Translations under genes and position numbers: made by a program | Notes under the pieces: model-generated | Databases searched by the model: none | Seen by the model: only the letters and a program-made list of their open reading frames with translations | What the model was told of the DNA's origin: nothing | Assembly (NCBI GenBank): GCA_002189035.1 | Contig: CM007989.1 | Location: 3,410,001 to 3,474,000 of the forward strand | DNA: 64,000 nt | From: Utricularia gibba | Lineage: Eukaryota > Plantae > Magnoliophyta | Reading direction: 5' to 3' | Part shown: one piece after another, positions 25,507 to 38,600 of the stretch | Layout: the number at the start of each line of letters is the position of its first letter | How positions within the stretch are numbered: the stretch's first letter is position 1

Positions 25507-25923
25507 ATGGTGGATCCATCCTTCAAACTTGCATTGCTCATATGTCTTCCGATACTGCTCATGAGTTACCAAATCAGAGGCACGGATCCCCTCAAACTCC
25601 CCAAGGTGACCCGCTTCATCATCGTGTGTTTTCTTCACTTGGCCATCCTTAAATACAGGGATGTTTGTCAAGGATGGCTGGGATCCTTGCTGCATCACGC
25701 CGCTGAACCCTCCGAACTTGCTGCCACGCTGTTCCTTGTCTCGCTTTTCCTGCCTTCTCGCTACTCTTTGCTCCCACTTCTCTCCGTTCCGATCACGCTA
25801 TGCGCCTGCTGGAGACACATTCTTCACGCGGTGGAGGTGGCCTGGAGAAGGATCGCTGGCATGGTTAAATCAGGTGGTGATGCCGGTAGAGATATCGAGA
25901 ATCCGCCACCGACGAATGAGTAG
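25507..25923 (+). CDS. Hypothetical multi-pass membrane protein, intronless, 138 aa
   Basis: Strong start context (AAG ATG G), G/C-rich third positions, 3-4 hydrophobic segments and an acidic/Pro C-terminal tail (RDIENPPPTNE); no recognised family. Confidence 0.55.
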   Translation: MVDPSFKLALLICLPILLMSYQIRGTDPLKLPKVTRFIIVCFLHLAILKYRDVCQGWLGSLLHHAAEPSELAATLFLVSLFLPSRYSLLPLLSVPITLCACWRHILHAVEVAWRRIAGMVKSGGDAGRDIENPPPTNE

Positions 25924-27753
25924 TTTCGTCTATGCAAACTATCGGAGAGATGACAGATGTATAATACATAATGAGTAGTTGTTGTTGCAGGATAAGGGTT
26001 AGTGGCGAAACTTCTGTTACTCTGGACATGAACTGATTTTGGAAGAGCAAGTCATCTCCACCAAACCGAAGGCATGGCTTCTCTGCCACTGGCATCAGCA
26101 ACTGTACTCTTCACTGTAAATTCATCCTCGTGCGTTGAATAAAAAAAAAAGGCGATCTCTTGCTTCTTAAACAAGGTTGGCTGCTTGTGCTTGTATTGCA
26201 TGGGGCCATTTATTTCTTTGTCAATGGCAGGCATCTATTTCCAAATCCAAGTTCATTTTCATCAGGCAAGAAGAGGAGAAATGGAAAGTAACCTCCGCAT
26301 AAAACCTGGACGTTATGCAATAGATGTCAGTGTTACTACTAGGAAACTGGAGTGTCTGTCCACGTTTCCCACGTACATATCGTTCAGTAAACTTCTCAAA
26401 TCCGCATCTTACAGAGTGAACACTGACAGAGTCTGTGATCACCAGCTGCCTTGTCGTCCTTCGACAAAACCCACTCATGGATCTCGGACACACATTTCAT
26501 GTAATTTTGTGTTGCACTTCCACCCTTCAAGTCTCATGGCGTACTGTGTCTGCGTCTGGGCTTACCAACCGTTCCTTCATTGTTATAAATTCTGCTAATG
26601 GGATGACTGATTGCTGTAACACAGTGCATTTTCACAATTCACAAAGGAGTGATCGCCAGTCAGTGTACGAAGGAGACCCTCCAACCTCCTCACTGGGTCA
26701 CCCAAAGTTATTCCAGTGGATCAAAAGGACACGGGAATCGAACTGCATTTTGTCGCCTCAGAAACAGCAATAGTTTTAAATGATTTCATATTGTCTCTTA
26801 ACATTTCTTTTCCATGTTTCAGATAGAAAACAAAGCCTCTCAAACTGCATGGAATAAGAGAGTTGGGGGCATTTATTGCTGAGCTTGGGAGCCATGAATG
26901 AGTGACTGCTTTTGATCCCCGTAGGACTCAAACTCTCCACGCCACCAAACAAGCAACACTCGCTTTCACTTGCATCAGGGGTTTCTTGTGCAGTGTACCG
27001 TCCTCTTCTTTTCCCCCATTTCTTTTGTACTTCCATATACTTTTGCTACACTGTAAACCCTAAAAAACTACCAGTTTGATCTTGGTAAGAAAATCTAGCC
27101 TTCATAACACCACACCTGTACAGTTTGGTAAGAAACACAGCTACACTCTTCCACTAACAGTAGCTTTGCTTAGGGCCGTTGAATTTTGGTGTCCCTCCTG
27201 CTCAATTATTTTCATTTCCTTTTCTGAGAAAGAATGATCTTTCTGTCAAATTAGCTCAACTACGGCTAGAATGGTTCAACAGAACAAAAGGGTAAGAACA
27301 CTAGTAAGGGAAAGTGAAATCGTGGGAGTTAATGTAGAGTGATAGGTAAGGCTTTGCACCATTGACCATTTGGAGAACCATTTCTTTATACAGGAAAGTG
27401 ATGAGTGGGGGCTGTTCTTAACTACCAGGACCATTTCCCTTAATCCCAGTAAAGTCGTGTGTGTGTTTTTCTTCTTTATGAATGGAACCTCGAAGTGGAA
27501 GACGTTTCGATTCGGTGTGCTGGGTGAGACCACGAATCTAAAATTGAGATTCTGAGTAAATTTGTGGGAGTGAATGAATGGGAAGAAAAATATGGGAGTT
27601 TGTGAAAAAGGGTAAGAAGTAACAGTAAGGTAATTGATGGGAAAAATAATTAACTGCAGTCAAATTGTTGTAGCTTCTTTGACCAGCTTTCTGTCATTCT
27701 CCAAAGAATCAGATTAGGTGAATGAAGTTTTCAGTGAGAGATTCAGCTGATCT

Positions 27754-28440
27754 TCATGCTCCGATGGCGTGAACGAGCTCCCCGTCGGAAACTGTGGAGT
27801 CTTCCGTCGGCGCCGGAAGATTCAGATCTATTTTGAGAGCTTCCCCGAGGGCCGTTGCCCCGCCGTGAAAATGCGACCTTTTGTGACCGCCGAGTGCCTG
27901 CCCCGAGGGGAAGATGCGCCGGCAAAAGGGGCACTGATGTATTCTCTCCTCCGCCGGAATCACAATTCTCCGGGCGGCGAGTTTGATCTTCTTGTGGCTT
28001 GCCTTATGACCGCCAAGAGCTTGATACGACCTGAAAAACTTATTACACGCCTCGCATTTGTACTTGCCTTTAGCATGAATAATACCAATTTTATCCTCGC
28101 CGGAATCTTCAGAGCTTTCGCCGGAATCCGAAAATTTGTGCTCGAACTCATCAAACTCCTCGAATTCTCCCCTTTCCCATTTATCCCTTGACAGCATAAT
28201 CAAACAGTGGGCCATCTGCTCTTCTGGGCTAATCTCTGGACCCGGCAAAACACTCCCCCGTACCTCAGGCGACGATGACTCCACCTCATCGGAAAACGAG
28301 AACGAATCCTCTAAAGAACTCTCCTTTTCCCTTTTCTCACCATAAAACTTCATCGTATGGGATCTCATATGCCCCCCCAAAGCCCTCCCGTTCTCGAAAC
28401 ATCGGAAGCATAACCTGCATCTGTGTATCGCCTTCTTCAT
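27754..28440 (-). CDS. ZAT-type C2H2 zinc finger repressor (3 fingers, ZAT4/ZAT9-like), 228 aa
   Basis: RALGGH, QALGGH and QALGGH fingers, AHCLIMLSRD motif and a DLNLP EAR motif; intronless. Confidence 0.92.
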   Translation of the reverse strand: MKKAIHRCRLCFRCFENGRALGGHMRSHTMKFYGEKREKESSLEDSFSFSDEVESSSPEVRGSVLPGPEISPEEQMAHCLIMLSRDKWERGEFEEFDEFEHKFSDSGESSEDSGEDKIGIIHAKGKYKCEACNKFFRSYQALGGHKASHKKIKLAARRIVIPAEERIHQCPFCRRIFPSGQALGGHKRSHFHGGATALGEALKIDLNLPAPTEDSTVSDGELVHAIGA

Positions 28441-30182
28441 CCTCTCCAAGGCGATGAAGAAAGCAGAAGACTTTAAGAGCTGATGCAGTGGAGGGTGTGG
28501 AGTGCGTGTTTCATGAGGCGTTGAAATTCCTTTTCCTGCTCCACACAAAGAAGAGACAGGTACATGGAGTGAGGGAAGAAGCTAAAAGGAGTAGGTGGCA
28601 AGCATTCTTCAACGGGTGGAAGGAATATATGCAATCCGCACCAAGTAAATAAACTTAACACACCTTGCTGTTTTACAAGGACTGCCAAATTTTGACTACT
28701 TAATTGTTATAATTGTCCTCCTCAACGGCAATTAGCATTAAATCCCGATGCCCCCCCATCCGTAAATTCCGATCCCACCGCCGAACGCCTCCGCCCTCCA
28801 CGGCGGCTGCCACTCATCAAGATGCCCAAGCAAACTCCAAGCAGGACACAATTACCAAACACTTCTTTTCTTGCTGCTGGAGGCGCAGAACACAATTACC
28901 AAACACAGCACCTTTAAAAAGTCCAAATTTTCTTCTTTAAAATTCCCAGACTTGCTAGTTTTTGCCCATCTTTACCCTTTCCAAAGATAAGCCAGTGACT
29001 TGCTCTGATTACCCAGAAAGACACCAGAGGTTTAGTGCTTCCGGGGGCAAGGAATATGATGTCAATTCATGTCATCTGGCAGGGGCAATCTCGGGATTCC
29101 CACCTTATCCTCGACAAAGATAAGCAAACTAGGTGCCTGCTTGTCCATCTATCTATTCTAAAAGAAAGAAAGTTGGATAGTACCCTTGACTAACAAAAAA
29201 ATATTATATGAACTGTGCAATTCCAAAAGAAAGAATTGCTTGTAGGATCCATTCGTGATTCAAAACGATTCAATCGAATACGATTATCGAATCTGGCCTC
29301 TAGAATTAGGGTTATTGCATTCCATTCTGGTTCTCAAGACCACTGAGAGTTCCAAAAGTATACAAGCAATATGATCATCATCTGGTGCTTGTATAAGCTC
29401 AGGGTCAATAAGGAAGAAGGGAGTGTATGTAATAAGGGAAAGTTTGGGGGTGGAAATGCTAATTTAAAATTCCACTCAACTTGCCATCGAAGAAAGGGAT
29501 TATTTATTATTAACCCTAGCGAGGAGGGACCACACGGAGAAAAAAAGGGGGGGAGAGGAAAACCTTAATCAGGACCAAAGTGCAATTACGCGAGTAACCA
29601 GTGGTCCAAGTTGAGATTTTGAGATATTTTGGGGTTAAAAGGTGAAAAACATGAAATTGGGCGCGTGATGTGTGACGGTCGGGGGGGCATTAAGTGGGGG
29701 GAAAGGAAACCATAACCGCCTTGGGAATGTCGTTTTATGTTAGAGTTTGTTGGCGTTTGTCATTAGGGCAGGAAATTGGTGCCGGCTTCGGTTATCTTCT
29801 CTGCGTCAATTGCTTTTAAGACACCGAACCTGACAAAATTAGTTCCTTAGAACGAAAGTTCAATGGCCAAAGTTTTCTTGAAGGAAAGGAATGCCACCCA
29901 GCCGTTCCAACACCAAACATGTATCATGTGAGAGTTTTGTATTGGTTTTGGATGGAAGTGTCTGGATCTCTTGAGAGAGATGGGTGGCTGCATGTCTGAA
30001 AACATTGTTGCTCGACGTCTATAAAGAATTCGAGGGTTTGTAGTAAGTGACGTAGGAGGGTAAGGAACCATTTTGTATGCATGAATTTCGGGTATTAGTT
30101 TAAGGTAGTTGGATGAACATGTTAGTGGTAGGCTGGTTTTCGTACAAAATTAGATAAAAGGGAATGGCTACGTTAGCAAGAT

Positions 30183-31346
30183 TCATAGATCAGCAGCTGC
30201 TTCATTTGTGGAGCCAATCCCTACTTGCAGCCACTGAGATGTTCCGCAATTGCTGGTTTCCTCCTTCAACTCTTTCAAATTGCAATCGTTGCCCTTCTTT
30301 TCTGGATATTGGGTTGAAAGCCTCATGATCTTAGGACCTCCGGGGCTCCCGAGATGCATTTCCGTTGGGACTTCGAGGCCGGACGCGGCGGTCCACGCTG
30401 GCGCATTGAGGTCGATTCGATCCGGCAGAAGGGTGTTGCTTTTGTTGGAGAAATGAAACTTGGGAGGAGTTGAAGATGTCTCCGGGATGTTTTGTGCGAT
30501 CCAATGGCACCGTTTGTGGCCGCCTAGGGCCTGCCCGGTGGGGAACACGCGGTGGCAGATTGAGCACTCGTGGATCTTCATCTTCTTGGCTTCTCTGCCG
30601 GTGTCGATTTTGTTCGGAGATGTTGATTTCGATGGAAGAGATTCTTCCTTTATGTCCCCTTCTTCTTGTATTTGATCCATCTTTGATGCATAGCATCCTT
30701 TCACCTTTCTATGGCTGGCTCTATGCCCACCAAGTGCTTGATGGGAATTGAAGACTTTGTTGCAAGCCCTGCATTCGAAAACTCCCTTGGAGTTCATGGT
30801 GGGCAACCTTTTCGCCACCGGAGTTTCGAAACTTGGATTCCGTCGTTCCCAATCTCTGGAAGTGGAAGCGCTCGATTCCTCCATATCGATCGGGGTTGCG
30901 TTAGCAAGTTGCACGAGGCATGTAGCTAGAAATATATCATCTTCAGGTGTTGGAAAGGAGTTTGAGGCGACACTTAATCTCATGGATCTCTTCCTCTTCG
31001 ACCAGCCGGCGCGATCGCCTGCATCATCTTCGTTGTCGAATTCGGAGTCGGGGGAGGAGATTAGGGATCCGGAGGCTTCATCCGAGTTGCATTTCTTATG
31101 CTTGAGAAAAGATTTCCACGACAAGAACTCCTTGCCACAATTCTCGCAATTCCTGCAGCTCTTCAGCCTGTCTCTCAATTGGTACATTCTCTTGTTTTCT
31201 CCGGGCACCTCCTCGGAATCGCTCCCCGGGTCCTCGTCCTCGGCTCTGTGCGCCCTCATGTGGCCGCCAAGGGCCATCCCGCACATGAAACCCTTGTTAC
31301 AAATGCGGCAAAAATGCTTGAATCTTGGCTGTTGTTCTTGATCCAT
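30183..31346 (-). CDS. ZAT-type C2H2 zinc finger protein (4 fingers, one degenerate), 387 aa
   Basis: KHFCRICNKGFMCGMALGGHMRAH, degenerate CENCGKEF..WKSF..H, two QALGGH fingers, ATCLVQLA, IDLN EAR-like motif, C-terminal WLQVGIGS. Confidence 0.92.
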   Translation of the reverse strand: MDQEQQPRFKHFCRICNKGFMCGMALGGHMRAHRAEDEDPGSDSEEVPGENKRMYQLRDRLKSCRNCENCGKEFLSWKSFLKHKKCNSDEASGSLISSPDSEFDNEDDAGDRAGWSKRKRSMRLSVASNSFPTPEDDIFLATCLVQLANATPIDMEESSASTSRDWERRNPSFETPVAKRLPTMNSKGVFECRACNKVFNSHQALGGHRASHRKVKGCYASKMDQIQEEGDIKEESLPSKSTSPNKIDTGREAKKMKIHECSICHRVFPTGQALGGHKRCHWIAQNIPETSSTPPKFHFSNKSNTLLPDRIDLNAPAWTAASGLEVPTEMHLGSPGGPKIMRLSTQYPEKKGNDCNLKELKEETSNCGTSQWLQVGIGSTNEAAADL

Positions 31347-32053
31347 GCAATCAAGACAACTCAGAAGGCTACAAATGGGAACTCAAGTGACATGAACAAG
31401 ATGATAAACAGACAGACATTGGAATTGGGAGGGAGTTAGTTTTTGTAATAGAAGTAGTTAGTTTTTTCTTGGTAATAGAAGTTAGTTGTGCTATTTTTAG
31501 TAGGCAGTGAGCTTTCGTTTAGGTGGTTGGAGATGATGAAGAAAAAGACTTATTTTTGTTTTGTATGGCAAATGGCGCCGCCGCCTCATCCACGGAGTCA
31601 ACGGCGGAGAGTCGTTCAGTGGACTGAGGAGTTTCATCTCGTCCGTACGATGAATGATAGAGGGAGGCTCTTAGTTTTATCCTAAAAAACTAACCTTTCT
31701 TTACCCTAATCCAGTCCCCATTTTTAGCATGCATCATCCATCGAATTTTACACTTCAGATATCCAAAACAATACACGCAAGACATGACAGGGGCCTCAAA
31801 GTCAAGTATTTGCGACCCCTTTCGAGCTCAAGTTTCAGTGATACCTTCATTTAATGGTATTTTAAGGATTCCCTCGGAGCAATAGATTAAAAAATTCGTT
31901 GATTTCATATGCTATTGAGTTTTTCAATGACTACAAAATGCGAAACACAAAAAATTACAAGATCTAGAATGGCCTACTCATTTCCCTGTAGAAGATGATC
32001 TAAACTAGGCGGAGAACAAATGGCTTCCTGCTGGTGGCATGGTGCCTGTGGGC

Positions 32054-32623
32054 TCAACCAGAGATCACCCTCTCATCTGCTGCCTTCGGCCCAGCAAACA
32101 ACCGCACAACAGACTCAAGCATTTTTTCGACCTCTGGGATCACCCGCACGAAGTTTTTGCTCCAGAGGTCGTACGTGGTGTTCTGCTCATCGTTTAAGAG
32201 AGGTTCATTGAGTGTGCATATCGCAGGGGTACAGAAAAAAACATCAACCCAAATTGAGTTGGGAAGCAGGTACCTTGATGAGCTCGAGGAGAGCAACCAT
32301 GATGCCCAAGGGTGCGGTTTCTTCACTCTATGGCGCTCCAACAAAACCCGAGTGATTTGCTCTTGAATTTCCTGGTTCAGGTAGAATGAGTCAGCATCGA
32401 TCATTAGAGTTCTCTGTAAAGTGGGACCTGCTAGAAGGACTCTGTACCTGTTTGCCGTCATGGAACAGGTAAAGAATAACGAAGGAGAAGTAGTAAGTAT
32501 GGCTGTTTGGATACCGCAATTGATTAGCAACGGCATTCAAAAAAAGGTAGCGCCCCTCTGCATCAAAATCAGAAATCAAAGTCTGGTAAATTTCCAATGC
32601 GGCACCAGCCATTGTAGGCCTTG

Positions 32624-32667
<44 letters not shown>

Positions 32668-35600
32668 AGCTGCTGCTGTTGAATAGCCTACACAAAGAAA
32701 CGGAGTTTGTCAGGCTAGAAGGTCCGCATGCACAGGGGAAACTTTGCTTTCGGTATTCAAGGATACTGAAAAATGGAAATCATTCAGGAATGAGTAAGAT
32801 GGATTCGTACGTGCATTCCAACATAAAGTACGAGGGAGTTGAGAAGAGGAACGTTATAAGATGTCCCGGCTCTTGCCGCTTCTGTGTGAGAAAGCAAAAG
32901 TTTTTGCCTCAATTCAGCAAGAAATGATGATCCTAGCTGCCCTGTCTGTAGGAAAACTCAACAAAGTTCAGAACAAGTCATGCAAAACCACCGAATTAAA
33001 AAAACAACGAATGCAAGAAGATTCTTTTGCTGCAAAATAATAGGTCACTTCTGAACTTGAGGCACTCATCCATGTTAGTACAAAACACACCAGATATGAA
33101 AGTACATTTAGAACTAGGCAATTATATTTCCAACGCACTCATCATCATTTATTGCCACACTAACAAAAAATATTATTTTATGGTTTTCCGAAAAGAGCAC
33201 ACCCATATCATTCAGACCAAATCATCCACACCATTTTCCATTTGCTGAAGTTTTTGGTGTTACCTTAAGAAACTCATCAACATCAGCCTTAATTTGATTT
33301 GCTTTGAGAGCCCCATCAACTTCAGAGAGAATTCTGGGTGCTTGGTTTATTTCAGCTAGGAGGTCAATCTAACAAAAAACAAACCATGTAACCCAGGAGA
33401 CAAATCCAGAATATGAAAAAATATATATTATATAATATGCCTATGATCTAACCTTTAAGTTGGGAGCAGATGGGTCTGGGAACCGAATGTGACGAGGAAA
33501 AGCAACCAGAATAATATTTCGCATTTGTATGCAATGTGATGGGATGACATCGCAAAAACTAAAATGGTAATCACATAGAAAATCTGGAAAATCATGGAGC
33601 AACACCAGCAACACACGGAGCATTCCCTTGTAGAAAAAACGTACCTATGAGGATGGCAAAGGAATGGATTTAGATGAGCTAAACGAATATAATGTTAAAA
33701 AAACTGGAAATCTTCATTATGTGGAGACAAACCGGTTCCCCTAGTTCAGAATTCCTAAGGAATGGCTCCATAAACTGGAATAAATCTATCAGCAACTTGT
33801 GCACATAAGGCCAGCCTTTTTGTCCATTTGCTGTTAGTAACTTTGGCATGAATCTCCTATGGCTCACAAGTTCAAGCCACGCAAAGCTGAAAACCACAAG
33901 CACAAACTATCAGAATATATTAAAATTTGAAATTTCACCTCTTCATAGAAGAGGTATACTAACATTTCTCAGAACAGAAACCACCAAATATAACACCATG
34001 TATTTCAAGTTAACAGATGAACTAGGCATGTGTAGGCTATAAAACCGACACTGAAGCAAACGGCAGGAAAAAAATACACTTATTAAGAAAATGATATCAC
34101 AGAGTACAACCATTCTAATGAAATAGTTGTACTCGTGCAACATTTGACCGATAGAACATGTAGTGCAACGAAAATGTATGCTTAACTCAAAAGATAGATT
34201 ACAGGAAATATACTTTAAATTTTACAAATGCTCCATTATGCAGTGACGTAAAAAAGATACATGATTAGATCACGCTAACTATCAGATACATACCAGAACC
34301 CGGGAACTTTTAGGGGCTGAAGTGCATGGAAAGAGTTAGCTAAAGCGGTTAACACCTGAAAATTGTAACAAAACAAAAAAAAAAAAAAAACCTCAGTTAA
34401 GGATCACTCACTTCATTGAGAGCCTTGAAGGAAACATGGACGATGATAAATAAAGAATGAAATATTCGCAACTTGTAGAGCACATTTTGTAATAACTGAA
34501 TCCTATGATGTATTAATATGACAAGACGTTGGGGGAGACATTTGAATTAAAAAAATAAGACAAGCATGTTCATCTCATAAATGAAGTTTGCAAACATTAA
34601 ATCCCGAAAAAGAAAGCAGGCAAATATAGTTGTAAAAAACAAGCAAAAAGATCGGTGGTAATATTCCTATAAAAAAAATAAGATAATCAGGTGATGATGG
34701 GATTCCTATAAAAAAGAATGTAGTTACAACAAGAAAATGGGCTACACAACACAAACTTTAAAACCATTATGCAAGGGAAATTAATAAATCACCAGAAAAT
34801 TTGAGCCCTCTGAAAGTGGCTCCAAGGAAGGCAAATCAATTATCCAGTTGATAAAAAGCCTAAAATATGGCCTTGGGTTAAATGATGCCCGCTTATCCTC
34901 AGCATCTTTTTGAATGAACTTCACTGCAACATTAAGAACCTGAAGAAATCATGTCAACACACAGGCCGTAGAATGGGGACGAGCAAATTAAAGAGAAATC
35001 AGGGATACTTACCCTTGGGAGAAGTGAGAATTTACTAGATCCTTGTTCAACCGTGCAAAACTGGATTGTTTGGTAAGGAAGGAGTCAAAAACATTATAAA
35101 ATACTTAAAATAAATTATTTATGTATGTGTAACCAGACATCTTTACCTTTAGAACTGAGAAGACCAACTTAGCAAAGATATCAATTGCCAGGAATGATAA
35201 TGGCTGTCCTTGTAGTGATTGAGAAGAGCTAGAATTGATAACTTCTGAAGATAAACAATGTGAAACAGAAAGTTCCTGCAATACTATAATGTTAATTATC
35301 TATATCTAGAGAGAAGTACTCTGTGAATGCAGACATAGGAATTTTCACCATTATCCTGCGGAAGAGCCGATCTGATGTGTCATCTCCCTTGAGTAAACCT
35401 CTCTGCTGCAAGACGGATACAAAACGAGCAGAAGCAGCATCACTTGCACCAGAAAGTTCGCATATTTGATACCATTCACCGAATAGTGCAGAAACCTGAA
35501 TGAAGATGCAAACAAATATACACAAGGAGCACAAAAAAATTTTAATTTCCATTCAGAGGAATAAACCAAAAAGTTCTTTGGGAGAGATGACTAATCAGTT

Positions 35601-38600
35601 CATGGATAAAAATATGCATGCAAAAATGTCAAGAAATGCTATACCGAAAACTGTGATCAGACAAAAGCATCATGATATAAGCACCGCACATCTAACAAAT
35701 CACCTTCTCATTAAAAGAACCAAGGTCTGAATCTACCGCTTCTGTTGCATTGCCATCTTCCCATGTTCCAGGAATGCCAGAAGCCTGCTCAAACATTTAT
35801 CAACTATGAGCAGAGGTGCCAAAGGGAATAACTAATGAAATTTGTTGAAAAAATAGAGGAAAAAAAATTACACATTCAATTTATATATGCTGGTGATACC
35901 TTTCTATCCCTAGGTGTTCTTAGACTTTCAACTGCCACATGGGGGGTACTCCTGCAGTGGATGGGTTCTTAGCAATTTCAAGCAACTGCAATAATGACTC
36001 GGGAGATCCAGGTCTTCCAGCAAACTGGAAAAAAATTATAACAAATATTATAATTCCGAAACTAATTTATGTGGCATTTCAGACCGAATGAAGCCTTGCC
36101 TTTGTCAGTGCATCAACGAGATTGTACAATTCTGTAATCACTTTTGGATTACAGATGACCAGTTCTTCAATTAAAGAAATAGCAAAGTCTGTAGCTGCTT
36201 CTGTAAATAGTAGACAGATGAAATTTTAATGAAATATCCACCAAGATGAAATAACCTCTCCGCTACCATAATACTCACTATTTCTTCCAGCATCAATGAG
36301 CTTTGCCATATGAAGGTTGTACTCGGCAAGGCTTAATAAATCACACTGAATAAGACCGACTAGGATATCTTTATTAAATTTCCTGTCATCCTCTGAATAA
36401 ATCACCTGCCAGTAACAAAAGCAAATGATAAGACAACATGGATCAAACCAAAAAGAGACAATGTGGAGGATGAAGGCTTTTCGGTAGTCAGGCATACCCA
36501 GCTGGTGAGCTCCTTGACTATGAGTTTACTGACATCACGAATGGCTGCAAGTACTGAAAGATAGGCCTTGATATGAGCCTTGTCAGATGCATTTTCATAT
36601 AAACCCTTGAAAGCCTACAGGATTGTGTAGAAAATGTCAAGCCAAAACTTTGGGAGAATACATTAACAAAATGCAGAATATTCATTACCCTTTGAGCCAC
36701 GGCCAATGCAGCTTCGTCTCGGCTAATGCATCTGAGAATAATTGAAGGAACCTCGGAAACAACTACCTGCAAGGTGTATTAGCAATGGTCTCCAATAGAA
36801 CCAAACAGAACCCAAAGAGCCTGATGGGAACTCCAATATGCTCAATACCTGAATTTCACCCTCCTTGGAGGATTCAGCTAATAGACTCTCCAGCTGAAAG
36901 GCAAATTCACATGGGCAGGCCAATTAGTTTTATGGGCCAAAAGAATAAGAAACATGTGTAAAAAAGATGAAAAATTTACCTTGTCTGAGATATTTTCATA
37001 CTTTTCCAGTGCCTCGCCTGTGGTTAACAAAGGCTCAGTAATATAATTTGCAGGTTGCTCGGATGCCGAAGATATATTATTAGTTTGGGCTACACTTCCG
37101 GATTCCTGAAGGTGAGATGAAGAAGAAGGGAATGAAACAGCGGGGGTGCTCTCAAGACTCTGCAGGTCATCAGCTATGTTCTTCTGGGTGGGCACAGCAC
37201 TACAACAAGGAATCATATTTTGGAATAATAGAGCTGTAAATCATAATCCACAAAACCCAAAGATGGAAGAATAAATTGTATGGAAGCATATTGAGATGGA
37301 ACCTAGAATGAATCTGAACCCCAAGAGGACCTATCTCCTCAGCAACGACATCTGTAGTCTGGGAAATTGAACCCACGCCGGGGTAAATGCTGAGACTAAC
37401 TGGTGCGGATGGCACAGACAATACTTGCTGTGCAAGATTCTCGTTGCTAGAAGAAACAGGATGTATAACAGGTGCAGTGTTTGGGCTCTGTGCAGCCCGG
37501 TTTTGCCCAGGGAACCGAGCAAAATCCTACAGAGAAAGATAATGAGGACATTGAATCAATTCAACAAAACTCCTATTTAATAGATGGAAGGAGCATAAAT
37601 TCGTCTAAATTTCCACCTCATAAACTCTTTGCTGTGAATGTGACAATTGCCCAGGCCTCGGACGAAGTGCCTCTGGAAAAATCCCTATTTGACCCTGAGC
37701 GTGGATGCTAGGGTCATACAATGAGGTACCGTGACTCTCACGTTGCTTCCTTCTGATGTTCAGTTGCTGAGCAATTTCTCCATCAATAGTTTGCACTGCC
37801 TGAACATCCCAAAAGAAAGATGCAGATTACAAGATTGAGAAATAAATAGCAGATCCAGTAGTGAGATAAGATAAAATAACCTAAAATTTTTGATAAAATA
37901 TTAAATCAAAATATATAGTAAAGCATTTAATCAGCTAAAACATGTAGCCGAATACCGGAGTACATTTTGAAGCATCGTTCCATTCAGGTGAAGCTAAAAA
38001 CCATTCAATTCCAGTTTGCATATTTCACCCATTAAACAAATTATTTATATAATAAATGAAAAATGTACCTTCTCAGTTGCAGCTTGCTCAATCAGTACGC
38101 AGCCAAGGTCTAAATTGTCATAAGTTACTATCTGAATTGCTGCATCAAGATCACTCGATATCCCCTGGAGTAATGTCCTGAGATGGTTTGATATAGAACT
38201 GCGCAAAGGTTCCTAGTATGGGAAAACACCAAACAAACACTTAAGAAACACACGAAGTGAAAAGGTTCTATAATCTAGGGCCATTCAAAGAAATATAGGG
38301 TAAATTCTTCTATCAATACCTTGCAAGTCACATGGGCCAGACTACCTGCTAACCTAGCAACCATCAGATGTGCAGCATTTTGTATCAATGTCTCATCCGG
38401 TTCCATGGCATAATCCTGTCACAAAAACAAACATTAGTTCTAGAGAACTCTTGCACAAACAAAGGAAAGCATCCAAGGATTCTCTGAAGCATTCCCGACA
38501 CAAACCTTCAGCACCAATTCCTTAGTTGTCCGAGTTGCAATAGAAACACTTCGCTGAACAATACTGGACACTATGTCCTTCACAGCTCTATCCATCGCAA

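Noticed and set aside
26735-26743. B-box-like GTTCGATTC on the minus strand (tRNA/SINE)
   Set aside because: No pairing T-stem, A box or cloverleaf around it.
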